Assembly (NCBI GenBank): GCA_963785275.1
Contig: CAWAUY010000049.1
Span: 133,116 to 197,115, forward strand
Origin: Candidatus Sulfomarinibacteraceae bacterium
GTDB lineage: Bacteria > Acidobacteriota > Thermoanaerobaculia > Thermoanaerobaculales > Sulfomarinibacteraceae
DNA: 64,000 bases
Reading direction: 5' to 3'
Below, piece after piece: positions 33,208-44,122 of the stretch; within the stretch, counting starts at the first letter, position 1; every line of letters starts with the position of its first letter. Position numbers and translations under genes: made by a program. The notes under the pieces were generated by a model. The model searched no databases. It was not told the origin of the DNA and worked only from the letters and a program-made list of their open reading frames with translations.

Positions 33208-35354
33208 TTGAAGCCGGAGTCCCCGATTTTTCCGCCGTTCCGTTTGCGGTTGCCGACCCACCGCCGACGCGCGACACCGGCCGCCGTCCGTGGATGACCC
33301 CAGAGGGCATCGAGGTTGCCTCGGGGTACGGCATCGAAGACCTGGTCGGGATCGACCATCTCAACGGCATGCCCGGGCTGCCTCCATACGTCCGTGGCCC
33401 CTATCCGACAATGTATACGGTGCGTCCGTGGACTATCCGCCAGTACGCCGGCTTCTCGACGGCGGAGGATTCCAACGCCTTTTATCGCCGCAACCTGGCG
33501 GCGGGACAGAAGGGCTTGTCCATCGCCTTCGACCTCCCGACCCACCGCGGCTACGACTCCGATAACCCCCGGGTCCGAGGCGACGTCGGCATGGCGGGCG
33601 TGGCCGTGGACTCGATCCTCGACATGCGCATCCTGTTCGATGGGATTCCCCTCGACCAGGTGAGCGTGTCGATGACGATGAACGGCGCGGTTCTGCCAAT
33701 CATGGCTCTCTACGTCGTTGCCGCAGAGGAACAGGGCGTACCGCCGGAACTGCTCGCCGGAACCATCCAGAACGACATCCTCAAAGAATTCATGGTCCGC
33801 AACACCTACATCTACCCACCCGAACCATCGACACGGATCATCGCCGACATCTTCCGCTTCACCGCCGAACGCATGCCGCGTTTCAACTCCATTTCGATCT
33901 CCGGCTACCACATGCAGGAAGCCGGCGCGACCCTCGATCTCGAGCTCGGCTACACGCTCGCCGACGGCATCGAGTATGTGCGCACCGGCCTCGCCGCCGG
34001 TCTGAGGGTGGACGGGTTCGCGCCGCGGATCTCCTTCTTCTGGGCGATCGGCATGAACCACTTCATGGAGGTGGCCAAGCTGCGCGCGGCCCGCCTGCTG
34101 TGGGCCGAAATCATGCGCCAGTTCGGAGCCAAGGACCCTCGTTCCCTCACTCTGCGCACCCACTGCCAGACCTCGGGGTGGACCCTGACAGCCCAGGACC
34201 CGTTCAACAACGTGACCCGCACGGCGATCGAGGCCCTGGCGGCCGCGTTTGGCCACACCCAGTCCCTCCACACCAACTCCCTCGACGAAGCGCTGGCCCT
34301 GCCAACCGACTTTTCGGCACGGATCGCGCGCAACACCCAAATCCAGCTCCAGGAGGAGACCGCAATCTGCCGGGTCGCCGACCCCTGGGGCGGTTCGTAC
34401 TACGTCGAAAGTCTCACCCACGAGTTGGCGTTGCGGGCGTGGGAGCACATCCGCGAGATCGAGGGTCTCGGCGGCATGGCGAAGGCCATCGCCAGCGGAC
34501 TCCCCAAACGACGCATCGAAGAAGCCGCCGCCCGCACCCAGGCCCGCATCGAATCGAAACGCCAGTCGATCATCGGGCTCAATCGTTTCGCACTCGAAGA
34601 AGAGAGCGAACTCGAGGTCCTGGCAGTCGACAACAGCGCTGTCTATCAATCGCAGATCGCGCGCCTCGAACAGCTCCGCGCCAACCGCGACAGCAGTCAG
34701 GTCACCGCACGACTCGCCGAAATCACGCGCTGTGCCGAACACCGGGAGGGCAACATGCTCGCCGCCTGCGTCGAGGCGGCCCGGCTCGGTGCGACTGTGG
34801 GAGAGATGTCGAACGCGCTCGAGAAGGTCTTCGGGCGTCACCGAGCGACCATCCAGGCCATTACGGGCGTCTACGCCGCCGAGATGGGGGAGAACATGGA
34901 GGACTTGAAAAAGGCCCGCGCGATGACCGACGACTTCGCCCGCCGCGACGGCCGCCGGCCACGGATCCTCGTCGCCAAGGTCGGTCAGGACGGCCACGAT
35001 CGTGGACAGAAGGTCATCGCAACGGCATTTGCCGACCTCGGCTTCGACGTCGATATCGGACCGATGTTTGCAACCCCGGAGGAAACCGCCCGCCAGGCGG
35101 TCGAGAATGACGTCCACGTCGTCGGTGTCTCGTCGCTCGCGGCCGGTCACCTGACCCTGATACCGATCCTCAGGCGGGAGCTGGCCCACCTCGGCAGACC
35201 CGATATCATGATCGTTGTGGGAGGCGTGATCCCGCCTTCAGACCACGAGACCCTGCTCGAGGCGGGTGCTGCCTTCATTTTCGGGCCGGGCACGAACATC
35301 CCCGAAGCGGCGATCGAACTCATCGAAAAACTGAACCTGTCACTCGGACACTGA
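33204..35354 (+). CDS. mutB: Methylmalonyl-CoA mutase large (B12-binding) subunit
   Basis: [39 protein letters not shown]12 motif [20 protein letters not shown]. Confidence 0.98.
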   Translation: MIEAGVPDFSAVPFAVADPPPTRDTGRRPWMTPEGIEVASGYGIEDLVGIDHLNGMPGLPPYVRGPYPTMYTVRPWTIRQYAGFSTAEDSNAFYRRNLAAGQKGLSIAFDLPTHRGYDSDNPRVRGDVGMAGVAVDSILDMRILFDGIPLDQVSVSMTMNGAVLPIMALYVVAAEEQGVPPELLAGTIQNDILKEFMVRNTYIYPPEPSTRIIADIFRFTAERMPRFNSISISGYHMQEAGATLDLELGYTLADGIEYVRTGLAAGLRVDGFAPRISFFWAIGMNHFMEVAKLRAARLLWAEIMRQFGAKDPRSLTLRTHCQTSGWTLTAQDPFNNVTRTAIEALAAAFGHTQSLHTNSLDEALALPTDFSARIARNTQIQLQEETAICRVADPWGGSYYVESLTHELALRAWEHIREIEGLGGMAKAIASGLPKRRIEEAAARTQARIESKRQSIIGLNRFALEEESELEVLAVDNSAVYQSQIARLEQLRANRDSSQVTARLAEITRCAEHREGNMLAACVEAARLGATVGEMSNALEKVFGRHRATIQAITGVYAAEMGENMEDLKKARAMTDDFARRDGRRPRILVAKVGQDGHDRGQKVIATAFADLGFDVDIGPMFATPEETARQAVENDVHVVGVSSLAAGHLTLIPILRRELAHLGRPDIMIVVGGVIPPSDHETLLEAGAAFIFGPGTNIPEAAIELIEKLNLSLGH

Positions 35355-35363
35355 GGGCTCCCC

Positions 35364-37439
35364 ATGAACAACCATCGAACCGCGTTTGCCGTACTCCTCG
35401 TTTTCTGTCTCGCCGGCGCGGCCGCTGTCGAAGCGGTCGAGTCCACCCGGTCGCTCCAAGGCACTCTGTCGTCGCTGATGCAACCGACGCTCGCGGCGAA
35501 CACAACAGAGGTCGAGAATTACACGTTGCGTTTCGGCAACACCGTTTTCTCTCTCACCGGACACGTCGAGAGCGTCCTCGGCGCCGGTGAGACCGTCGGC
35601 TTCGCCTTCAAGGGCGACGGGCGCGGCGCCATAACCCTCGTCGACGGGCCTTTCCGACAGGCCAACCTGACGACCATCAAGGATGAGGGTGAGGCGAAGA
35701 GCCTCCAGGGCTCCGACTTCACATTCACCTTTTCAGGGGCCGTCTTCTTCACCAACGAAGTGCCTGAAGATCTCTTTTCCAGCGAGCTCGTCACCGACAC
35801 CGCCCTCAGCGGGGTTCTGACGCGGTCGGTCGACCGCTGGCACGATACCCGCAACCCCGCCCTCGACCACACCTTGGCGCCGTTCATCTTCCAGCCCGGC
35901 ACCGATCCGACCATGATCGCCGTGCTCTGGCAGGGCAACCAGGACAGCCTCTATCGGTGTGAAATGACGGACGCAGGAGAGGAGGAATTCGGGGTCCTCA
36001 AAAAGGTGCCATCCGAAACCGGTCTCTCGTTCCACTACCTCGACACCTTCATCCACCAACCGGCACGTCTCGACCTGGCCCGACGCCCCGTCCCCGACAT
36101 CGAGCAGATTGCCATCGATCTCGAATTGGTCTCTCCCGACAACGTCAACGCGGACGAAACCGTCACGACGAAATTGATCGCCGGCCGCAACGGCGTTCGC
36201 CTGGTGACCTTCGACATGCTGAACGGACGCGATGAAAACCCGGTCGACTGGGGGGATCGTTCGCACCAGATCCATGTCACCAGCGTGCGAACCACCGGCG
36301 GCGCCGATCTCGAGTTTTCGCACAAGTACGACCAGCTGATGGTGTTGCTGCCGGCGGCTCTCAACAAGGGCCAGACGATCGAAATGACCATCAAGGCCGA
36401 TGGGGCCCTGCTCAAAAACTTCAGCGGCGATGCCTACCTGGTCCTGGGGAATATGTCCTATTTTCCGCAACTCGATATCTTCAGCACCCGCGCCTCGTTC
36501 CACTCCGTCGTCAAGGTCCGCGAGCCGTATACGCCGATCGCGTGCGGCCGCACGATCCGGCGTTGGACCGAAGATGGATCGAACTGCCTCGAGTCCCTCG
36601 AGGAACGGCCGATCGCCTTCCCGTTCGTCGTCGTCGGCGACTTCGTTGTCGAACAGCGGCAGGAGGGAGACTATGACGTTCGTGTCTATTCATACGGCGG
36701 TGCCAAAAAACGGGGCGCCAAAAAGCTGATCCAAAACGGCCTCGCAGTTCTGAGTTTCTATTCCAGTGGTATGGAGCCGTTCCCCTACCACGAGCTCGAG
36801 GTCATCGAGATCCCCTACTACCGCCACTTTTTCTGGCAGGCGCCGGCCGGTCTGGTGGAAATCACATCCGAGGGACTCGGAGCTCTGGGTGGAGAAAGCA
36901 GCGATATCAACACCTATATCAAACGCGCGGCCTCGGTCGGCCAGAACAGCCGCTACGCCCACGAGATCGCCCACCAGTGGTTCGGCAATATCATCGGTTG
37001 GGCAACGCCCTACGACAACTGGCTCTCGGAGTCCTTCGCCGAGTATCTCTCCTACCTCTTCATGTCCGAGGGCGCGGGCGACAAACGCAAGGCCAAGGTC
37101 CAGTTCGACGGCTGGGTCACGGACACCAAAGAGTGTTCCGATGTTTCGAGCATCTACGGTGCCACCGCCCTCCAGGGCGACCGCGACAGCCGGCAGTGCT
37201 ACACCCAACTGCTGTACGGCAAAGGACCCCTCGTTCTGCACGCCCTCCGCCAGGACATGGGAGACGCCCTGTTCAAGAAGATGCTGTATCTCATGACCAC
37301 GGCCGCGGCCAAGAAGCCCGAACTCAAGATGATCACCGACGATGTCATCTATATCGCGAGCGCGATCACCAAGAAGGACTACCACCCCTGGTTCGACCGC
37401 TACATCTACGGCACCGAGGTGCCGCCAATCACGGAGTAA
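35364..37439 (+). CDS. Secreted M1-family (gluzincin) metalloaminopeptidase
   Basis: Signal peptide, AHEIAHQWFGN...WLSESFAEY (HEXXH-x18-E), LYGKGPLVLH.LR. Confidence 0.88.
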   Translation: MNNHRTAFAVLLVFCLAGAAAVEAVESTRSLQGTLSSLMQPTLAANTTEVENYTLRFGNTVFSLTGHVESVLGAGETVGFAFKGDGRGAITLVDGPFRQANLTTIKDEGEAKSLQGSDFTFTFSGAVFFTNEVPEDLFSSELVTDTALSGVLTRSVDRWHDTRNPALDHTLAPFIFQPGTDPTMIAVLWQGNQDSLYRCEMTDAGEEEFGVLKKVPSETGLSFHYLDTFIHQPARLDLARRPVPDIEQIAIDLELVSPDNVNADETVTTKLIAGRNGVRLVTFDMLNGRDENPVDWGDRSHQIHVTSVRTTGGADLEFSHKYDQLMVLLPAALNKGQTIEMTIKADGALLKNFSGDAYLVLGNMSYFPQLDIFSTRASFHSVVKVREPYTPIACGRTIRRWTEDGSNCLESLEERPIAFPFVVVGDFVVEQRQEGDYDVRVYSYGGAKKRGAKKLIQNGLAVLSFYSSGMEPFPYHELEVIEIPYYRHFFWQAPAGLVEITSEGLGALGGESSDINTYIKRAASVGQNSRYAHEIAHQWFGNIIGWATPYDNWLSESFAEYLSYLFMSEGAGDKRKAKVQFDGWVTDTKECSDVSSIYGATALQGDRDSRQCYTQLLYGKGPLVLHALRQDMGDALFKKMLYLMTTAAAKKPELKMITDDVIYIASAITKKDYHPWFDRYIYGTEVPPITE

Positions 37440-37446
37440 CGAGTGG

Positions 37447-38733
37447 TCAGTTTTCCGGTGACTCGACGGGCTCGACAGGTTCCGCCCAGCGATACCACGT
37501 AATATCGATCACGTCAGTCGGCGTGTCGGTCAACACCATGACCGCACGGTTGCCATCGGTGAACCATGGATCGCCAGTGAGATTCCCCCGCGGCTCCTCA
37601 GGCGACACAAAGCCCACCCCGCCGACTCTGGCGTAGGCCTTCAACGCCTGTGCGTAGATGAAGTCCTGAACCAGCACCGCACGGGTATCGTCCACGTTGG
37701 GGTCGATGCGGTGGGTGGTCAGCGTGGAACTCTTGGTGGTCAGGCGGCTGCCGATGTCGCGGCTGATCTGGCCGATCATCACCGGCACGCCTCTGACCGT
37801 CACCGGTGCCAGCCACAGGCGCAAATGGTTACGGTAGTTGATGGAGGAGCGAACCTTCTGAAGGGCAATATCCTGGGCCCGCCCGTAGACATAGAGGTTG
37901 CTGATGGGCGAATACCGGTATTCGCCACCAAAGATCCCAAAAAAACCGGTTTTGAGGGCCGACCCCGTGCTCATCGCCGCCGTCGGGTCCCAACCCGAGC
38001 GGAGGAAGGCGGGCCACACGGCGTCGGCATCACCGATGATCACCAGATTGAGAGGGTCGCCTGTCTTGGTGCCATCGGCGTTGGTGACGGTTGCCGGTTG
38101 TTCCTCGATCCACTCTCGGAAAGCAACGTTGTCAGTGAAGTCGATGACCTCCTGATCGGGGAAGAACTTCGCGTAGTAATCATCCGTGTCCAGTTTGTGA
38201 AAGTCGGCCTTGAAACCGGGGACCTCGGTGACGAACTCCACGTGCACCTTTTTTGTTTCGCTGAAAACCTCGACCAGTACCCACCGCACGCCCCGGGTTC
38301 GGTTGGTGTAGACGAAACCGGACACGGTCTCTCCCGGCGGGATGACGAAGGGCATGACGTTCTCGTAATAAAACCACTTCTTCTCTTTGTTCGCCTTTTT
38401 CGACCACGTCCAACTCGTCTTTTGCGCCACCTCGAGAGGGGCGAAATAGTCGGGGTCGACGCTTCGCGGCATGAACAGCATCTCTTCTTCGGTATCGTTG
38501 GTGATCTCGAGCCACACGGGTTGGATCTTCTTCTTGTTGAGCTTGCAGTCGAATGCAGCCAGGGCCTCTTCCGGGGTCAGTACAACCACTGAAGCCGTGA
38601 TGCCGTCCTCAGTCTGGGTCTCGGCCCGCTGCTTGAATCCAACTTCGTCGAAGGGTGTCGGGCTGAAGGTCCGGCAACCCACGACACATGCCAGCGCCAC
38701 ACACGAAAGTGCCGTTCGCAGTTCAAATCTCAT
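37447..38733 (-). CDS. LssY C-terminal domain lipoprotein
   Basis: Lipobox VVGC, GDPLNL, GW, YRYSPISNLYVYGRAQD.ALQK, RNHLRLW, GQISRDIG, HRIDPNVD..R, GDPWFTDG. Confidence 0.8.
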   Translation of the reverse strand: MRFELRTALSCVALACVVGCRTFSPTPFDEVGFKQRAETQTEDGITASVVVLTPEEALAAFDCKLNKKKIQPVWLEITNDTEEEMLFMPRSVDPDYFAPLEVAQKTSWTWSKKANKEKKWFYYENVMPFVIPPGETVSGFVYTNRTRGVRWVLVEVFSETKKVHVEFVTEVPGFKADFHKLDTDDYYAKFFPDQEVIDFTDNVAFREWIEEQPATVTNADGTKTGDPLNLVIIGDADAVWPAFLRSGWDPTAAMSTGSALKTGFFGIFGGEYRYSPISNLYVYGRAQDIALQKVRSSINYRNHLRLWLAPVTVRGVPVMIGQISRDIGSRLTTKSSTLTTHRIDPNVDDTRAVLVQDFIYAQALKAYARVGGVGFVSPEEPRGNLTGDPWFTDGNRAVMVLTDTPTDVIDITWYRWAEPVEPVESPEN

Positions 38734-38854
38734 CGTTGTGAACCTCCCGAAATCTGGCCGCACGAGAGTACCAGTTCCAAAGCGGGAGGCGCTGCCACCA
38801 TCGACTCCAATTGAGACAGAGTGCCGGAAAATCCCGAATATGCCGGCCACCAAT

Positions 38855-39928
38855 TCAGTCGTGGCGGACGTGTTGCCGACCTTGCCTGACGATCCACGGG
38901 TGGCTGAACCAGTGAAAGGCACCGCCGGCGGCAGTCGGCGCGGTGCAGTTGACCCGGTTGCGGCCGGGTTGAAGGTCTGTTTTCGGTAAGACCGCAAACC
39001 GGCGGCCCGGCTCGATCCACTCGACCGCGACCTCGCCCTGGCCGCCGACAAAACAGGCCAAGCGTTCAAGGTCGGCGTCGGTGTCCGCGAGGGTGACCTC
39101 GATGCCTGGCCGAAGAGACGCAGTGACCGGGTCCGACGGCTGTACCGCCGCCACCGGCAGGGGGCGAGTCGCCACTTTGACGGCGAAGTCTTCGATGTTT
39201 GCGTAGACCTCCGCCATCGGAAACCTGGGCAGGGCGCGCACATCGCTGGTTTTGCCGACGGCGCCGGATTGCTGGCCAAAGGCCACATAACCGAGGTTCT
39301 CCACCAGATCCGCCACGCTGGTGTCGTACTCCCCATAAGGGTAGGCGAGAATCCCCGGGAGAGGCTGCAGTTCTTCCGCCAACCGTCGTTCGGCATGTTC
39401 GATGTCCGTCCTCACCCGGGCCAGGCGATCGATTTCGCTCACGACCCCCGGCCACTCGACGTAGGATCGATGACTCGAACCGTGGTTGGCAAAGGTCGCG
39501 CCGCCCTCCTCCATTGCGCGCATCTGGCTCCACGTCATGTAGGTCTCGCGGCCGGCGTCGACGGTATCGGTTGCAACAAAGATCGTAAAGGGGTAGCCGC
39601 ACGCCTTGAGCCGCGGAAACGCCACTTCGTACACCGACAGATAGGCATCATCGACGGTGATCGCCACCGCCCGGTCGGGCAGTTCGGCCTCACCGCGGAT
39701 GGCTGCCACCACATCGCCGAGGGGAACCACGGTGTAACCCGCATCTTCGAGATACTCGAGGTGGGCCTCGAACTGCTCGACCCGAACACTTGTCGAGGGG
39801 TACCGATCCTCCCCGAAACGGTGGTACATGAGCACGACGGCCTCGTCCGTCGCGAACGCCGCCCCGCCCGCCAGGACGATGCCGACGGCGATGGCAGCCG
39901 CCCTCACGAGATCACTGTGCGCCTTCAC
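38855..39928 (-). CDS. Polysaccharide deacetylase (CE4/NodB homology)
   Basis: LMYHRF, AITVDDAY, FANHG.SH, LAYPYGE, LPRFP, signal peptide. Confidence 0.9.
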   Translation of the reverse strand: MKAHSDLVRAAAIAVGIVLAGGAAFATDEAVVLMYHRFGEDRYPSTSVRVEQFEAHLEYLEDAGYTVVPLGDVVAAIRGEAELPDRAVAITVDDAYLSVYEVAFPRLKACGYPFTIFVATDTVDAGRETYMTWSQMRAMEEGGATFANHGSSHRSYVEWPGVVSEIDRLARVRTDIEHAERRLAEELQPLPGILAYPYGEYDTSVADLVENLGYVAFGQQSGAVGKTSDVRALPRFPMAEVYANIEDFAVKVATRPLPVAAVQPSDPVTASLRPGIEVTLADTDADLERLACFVGGQGEVAVEWIEPGRRFAVLPKTDLQPGRNRVNCTAPTAAGGAFHWFSHPWIVRQGRQHVRHD

Positions 39929-40865
39929 CTACCGGAACCAGAAAGATCGTCGGACCGTCGCCCAGGAAGGCGTCGTCCGCCGGGTCGAGCTTGTTGACCC
40001 GCATGATGCTGTGCAGCGAATCCACGTAGGCCGCGCCCCGCTCGGAGTACTTGTCGAGAGTCTCGGCCAGTTCCCAGCCGCTGATCCGCTTGCCGTCCGC
40101 CCGCATCTGAGCGCGCCGCGCACGCAAAGCGGCGTAGGCCGCGTGGGTGTTGAGGTTCATCATGTAAGCCATCACCGATGCCAAGGGGCTTTCAAATGCC
40201 GCGATCCGGTAGTCACCCATGCCCTCGCGTTGCTGCTGCGGTTTGATGCCCTTGCCGCCCCACGACCACTGACCGAAGAGGGCATTGCCCTCGGCGGCAA
40301 AGCGCGAGGTGCCCCAGCCGCTCTCTTCGGCGCATTGGCTCAACACCAGCGACACCGGGACCACGTCGACTCTGACCATCAGCTCATCGAGGGCCTTGCT
40401 GTCAATAACGGCACTCTCGTCTTTCAGCACCCCGTACGTCACGGCGAGCTTCGCAAGCCATTCGTTGTCGTCGCCACCGAGTTCTCCGTCTGCGGCGAGC
40501 TTCTGCGCCAGATCGGCCACCCGGCTGCGGTCGCGCAGGATCAGCTCATTCGATCTCAGTGCGAGCGGCGCCAGGGCGCGAAAAAAGATCCGCTTCTTGG
40601 TCTGCACCGTGACTTCCTTGGAGACGGAGTCCCGCCACCGCGATGCGATTTCAGTGAGGTACACGCGAGGTACTTCGCGAATTCCAGCCTGCCACACCTC
40701 TGGCGTGTATTTGAGCTTGTCGAACAGGGTCTGCACTTCCTCGTACGATGAGAACTCGAAGCGTTCCTCGGGCCGGCTCCCGGGCTCGGCCGAAAACGCT
40801 GGTGGCGACATCCCACAGACAGCCATCAGGACCACCAACCATCCGACATATTGCCGTTCACGCAT
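39912..40865 (-). CDS. Glucosaminidase-domain (GH73) Bax-like protein
   Basis: KKRIFF, VPVSLVLSQCAEESGWGTSRFAAEGNALFGQW, NLNTH.AY..LR, YSERG..Y. Confidence 0.88.
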   Translation of the reverse strand: MRERQYVGWLVVLMAVCGMSPPAFSAEPGSRPEERFEFSSYEEVQTLFDKLKYTPEVWQAGIREVPRVYLTEIASRWRDSVSKEVTVQTKKRIFFRALAPLALRSNELILRDRSRVADLAQKLAADGELGGDDNEWLAKLAVTYGVLKDESAVIDSKALDELMVRVDVVPVSLVLSQCAEESGWGTSRFAAEGNALFGQWSWGGKGIKPQQQREGMGDYRIAAFESPLASVMAYMMNLNTHAAYAALRARRAQMRADGKRISGWELAETLDKYSERGAAYVDSLHSIMRVNKLDPADDAFLGDGPTIFLVPVGEGAQ

Positions 40866-41020
40866 AGTCTGAACTCCTTCTTGAGGTCAGGATCATAGCA
40901 GGCTGCCGGCTCACCGGCGCGCGGGATCTTCACCGCCCAAACCCCCTCCGTTGGCGAGTGCCGGCCAGACCACGTATGATCGACCAGCAATCGAGAACAG
41001 CAGGGAGAATAGGTCCACCA

Positions 41021-42010
41021 ATGCCGCACATGTCGCTTGACATCGAACGACTCCTGGAGGGAATCCGTGACCGTGACCGGGCCATGCTCGGACGCGCGCT
41101 CACCCTGGTGGAGTCGAACCTTGCATCAGACCGGCGCCTCGCACAGGAACTCCTGACTGCGCTGTTGCCCCTGACCGGCAGCGCTCAGCGCATCGGCATC
41201 TCCGGCGTTCCCGGCGTCGGCAAGAGCACTTTTATCGAGACTTTCGGCTGCAGCCTCGTGGAAAAGGGGCACCGTATCGCCGTGCTCGCTGTCGATCCTT
41301 CCTCAACGGTCTCGAAGGGCTCGATTCTGGGCGACAAAACCCGGATGGAGAGGCTCGCCGTTTCCGACGGGGCCTTTATCCGGCCCTCCCCCACCGGTGG
41401 GTCGTTGGGCGGCGTCGCCCGCAAGACCCGTGAGTCGATTCTGGTGTGCGAGGCGGCCGGCTATGACGTAGTCCTGGTGGAGACGGTGGGCGTCGGCCAG
41501 TCGGAGACCGCGGTGGCGGAGATGGTGGACTGCTTTCTGCTGCTCATGCTTACGGGCGCGGGCGACGGTCTGCAGGGCATCAAACGCGGCATCCTCGAAC
41601 TCGCTGACGTTCTCGCCATCAACAAGGCCGACGGCACCAACACCGAAGCGGCCGAGCGGGCCCGCACCGAACTCGAACGCGCCCTCGCCATCCTTCGGCC
41701 GGCGGGCGATGACCGGTGGGCTCCAAAGGTGGTGACGTCATCCGGAACGACCGGAGAAGGTCTCGACGAGGTCTGGCAACTCATCGAAGAACACCGTGCG
41801 GTGATGGAGGCTGATGGACGGCTCGAACGCAACCGCCAACAACAGCTTCTGGGCTGGATGTGGGAAATGGTGGACGAAGGACTGCGAAATACCGTTCGCG
41901 AACACCCTGAGGTCGCAGAGACCCTGGGCTCCGTTGAAACCGACGTCCTCGAGGGCAAAACAACCCCATCCGCCGCGGCTGAATCCATCCTGAGGATCTT
42001 CGGAACATAG
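41021..42010 (+). CDS. meaB: Methylmalonyl-CoA mutase-associated GTPase MeaB
   Basis: RIGISGVPGVGKST, LAVDPSS..S.GSILGDKTRM, ETVGVGQSE, GDGLQGIKRG, NKAD. Confidence 0.96.
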   Translation: MPHMSLDIERLLEGIRDRDRAMLGRALTLVESNLASDRRLAQELLTALLPLTGSAQRIGISGVPGVGKSTFIETFGCSLVEKGHRIAVLAVDPSSTVSKGSILGDKTRMERLAVSDGAFIRPSPTGGSLGGVARKTRESILVCEAAGYDVVLVETVGVGQSETAVAEMVDCFLLLMLTGAGDGLQGIKRGILELADVLAINKADGTNTEAAERARTELERALAILRPAGDDRWAPKVVTSSGTTGEGLDEVWQLIEEHRAVMEADGRLERNRQQQLLGWMWEMVDEGLRNTVREHPEVAETLGSVETDVLEGKTTPSAAAESILRIFGT

Positions 42011-42044
42011 CTGGGCAGCGTGGGCCTGGGAGGAAAAGGTCACT

Positions 42045-42461
42045 ATGACTTCACAGGAACGGATCAAGAAAGACCTGATCGATGCCATCAAGGCGAAGGA
42101 TGTCGACAAAAGAGAGGCTCTGCGAGTCGTCCTCGGCGAATTCGACCGCCAGGAGAAGAAAGAACTCACCGACGAAGAAGTCTCAGGCGTTCTTCGAAAA
42201 CTGGTGAAATCCGAACGGGAGACCCTCGAACTCAAGGGAATGCCCGACTCGCCCTTCATCCGCACCATCGAGGCCTACTTGCCGAATATGGTGTCTGACG
42301 AAGAGATCGCCACCTTCATCAGGGAGCACATCGACTTTTCGGCATTCAAGAACTCCATGCAGGCCATGGGGCCGATCATGAAACATTTCGGTGAGACTGC
42401 GGATGGCCACGCCGTCAAGCGGATTCTGCAATCCATCGATGACCCGGAGGGTGGAGCCTGA
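42045..42461 (+). CDS. GatB/YqeY domain protein
   Basis: I.KDL..A.KAKD..., YLP...S.EEI, MG.IMK...ADG..V. Confidence 0.88.
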   Translation: MTSQERIKKDLIDAIKAKDVDKREALRVVLGEFDRQEKKELTDEEVSGVLRKLVKSERETLELKGMPDSPFIRTIEAYLPNMVSDEEIATFIREHIDFSAFKNSMQAMGPIMKHFGETADGHAVKRILQSIDDPEGGA

Positions 42462-42488
42462 TTGCCGGAAACGAGGGGGTGGGTCCGA

Positions 42489-44066
42489 TCACATCTGCGA
42501 GGCGTCGGGCACGACCTCGAGGGCATCCGCTTCGGCCCGTTGCACCTCCGTCGTCATCGGCTCTTCCTTCGCCCTGAAAGTGATGACCCCGTCTTCGACG
42601 GTGATCCACTCCTGAGCCCCTTCGTCGTTCAGGATCACCTGCCAGCTGTTCCCCGCCGCGATGTCTCTCTCGATACTGTCGGCGACTGCATCGGCCAGCG
42701 ACTCGCTCTCGACCAACAGACCCATCTCGGAGTTGAGGTTGACCGACCGCGGATCGAGGTTGAACGACCCGACAAAAGTGATTCTCCGGTCGAAGACCAC
42801 GGTCTTGGCGTGGAGGCCGAACGATGTGCCGTGCTCCTCGAGCTGTTGCGCCGTGAAGAGCTTGCGCTCCTCCGCCGCGTCGGGGCGCATCTCGTACACC
42901 CTCGCTCCCTGTTCGAGCAGCTGTTTCCGCTGTTTGCGGTAGGCGACAAAGGCAGAGAGGTGGTTGTCCGCCGCCATCGAGTTGGTTGCGAGGTGAACCT
43001 CGACGCCCTTCGCGGTCACCTCGCCGAGCAATTTCATGCTGTCGGGTAGGAGGATCAGATAAGCGCTCTGGACGTGCATTTCGTCGGTCGAGTCGGCGGC
43101 GACGCGACCGAGGACGACACCGGTGCGGTCGAGCTCGGCGTGCGTCTGCGGCTCGCCGTCCCTGTTAGGGACCGCATCGACCAGCAATCGACCTTCGCCC
43201 CAATGAAGTTGCGTTTCGAGATCGGCCAGTTCATCTTCAAGGCGTTTGGGCTGGTCGTAGAACCCGGGTGGATACGACGAAGGTTCGGCGGCCTCGACAT
43301 CGAGCGATGCTTTCAGTTGCCGAGCCTGCTCGACGGTGGGCACCGGCGCCACTGCGTCCTCGATGGGCGCGGCCCAGTCGCTGTTCCAGTAGAGGTCGAA
43401 TGCGTGTCCCGCGTGATCGAGTACCGGGCCGAGGGCCAGCAGGTCCCGGCTGCGAAACACAAAGGGCCCCGGGTACTCGAAATACTCATTCCCGGTATTG
43501 CGTCCACCGACGATCATCATGCTGCCGTCGACGATATACATCTTGTTGTGCATCCGATGGTTCAAAATCTTGAGGTCGGCGACATAGTCGACCCAGCGTA
43601 GGACCTTGGAGGCGTGTTTCGGACCGAAGGGTTTTTAGAGCCGAACCTCGACATTCGGGTAGGCGCCGAAAGCGGCCAGATACTGCGGGTCTGAATCGGT
43701 CATGGAATCGTCGATGAGCACCCGCACGCCGCGGTCCGCCGCGGCCATCAGACGCTGCATCATGATCCTGCCCGCCGCATCGTTCTTCCACAGAAAGTAC
43801 TGGGCGTCGATGGACTTTTCGGCGGCGTCGGCCAGGATCGCCCTCCAGGAGAAGGCGTCGCGGCCGCGATCCAAGAGGAGGAATGCCGAATCACCTTCGC
43901 GACCGGCGGCGATCTATGCAGCGGATCTCCCGAGAGTGGTCGATTCCGGTCGACCGAATGCCTCGGACGGCGTCTTGGCCTGGGTCTCAATCGGCGCGTC
44001 CGCGCAAGAGAGTGCGAACGCGATCGCAACGCCACAGATCAACCCGCTCTTCAGTGTTCGATTCAC
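42489..44066 (-). CDS. Phospholipase D family protein (ClsC-like), frameshifted
   Basis: Two HKD motifs (RMHNKMYIVD, LHAKTVVFD), GGRN.GNEYF, GSFNLDPRS..LNSE, SIDAQY, lipoprotein-type N-terminus. Confidence 0.88.
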
Positions 44067-44122
44067 GATTCCTCCGTTTGCCACTGAATGATGGTCGTCA
44101 GCTCACTGCCACTCGGTACCGA

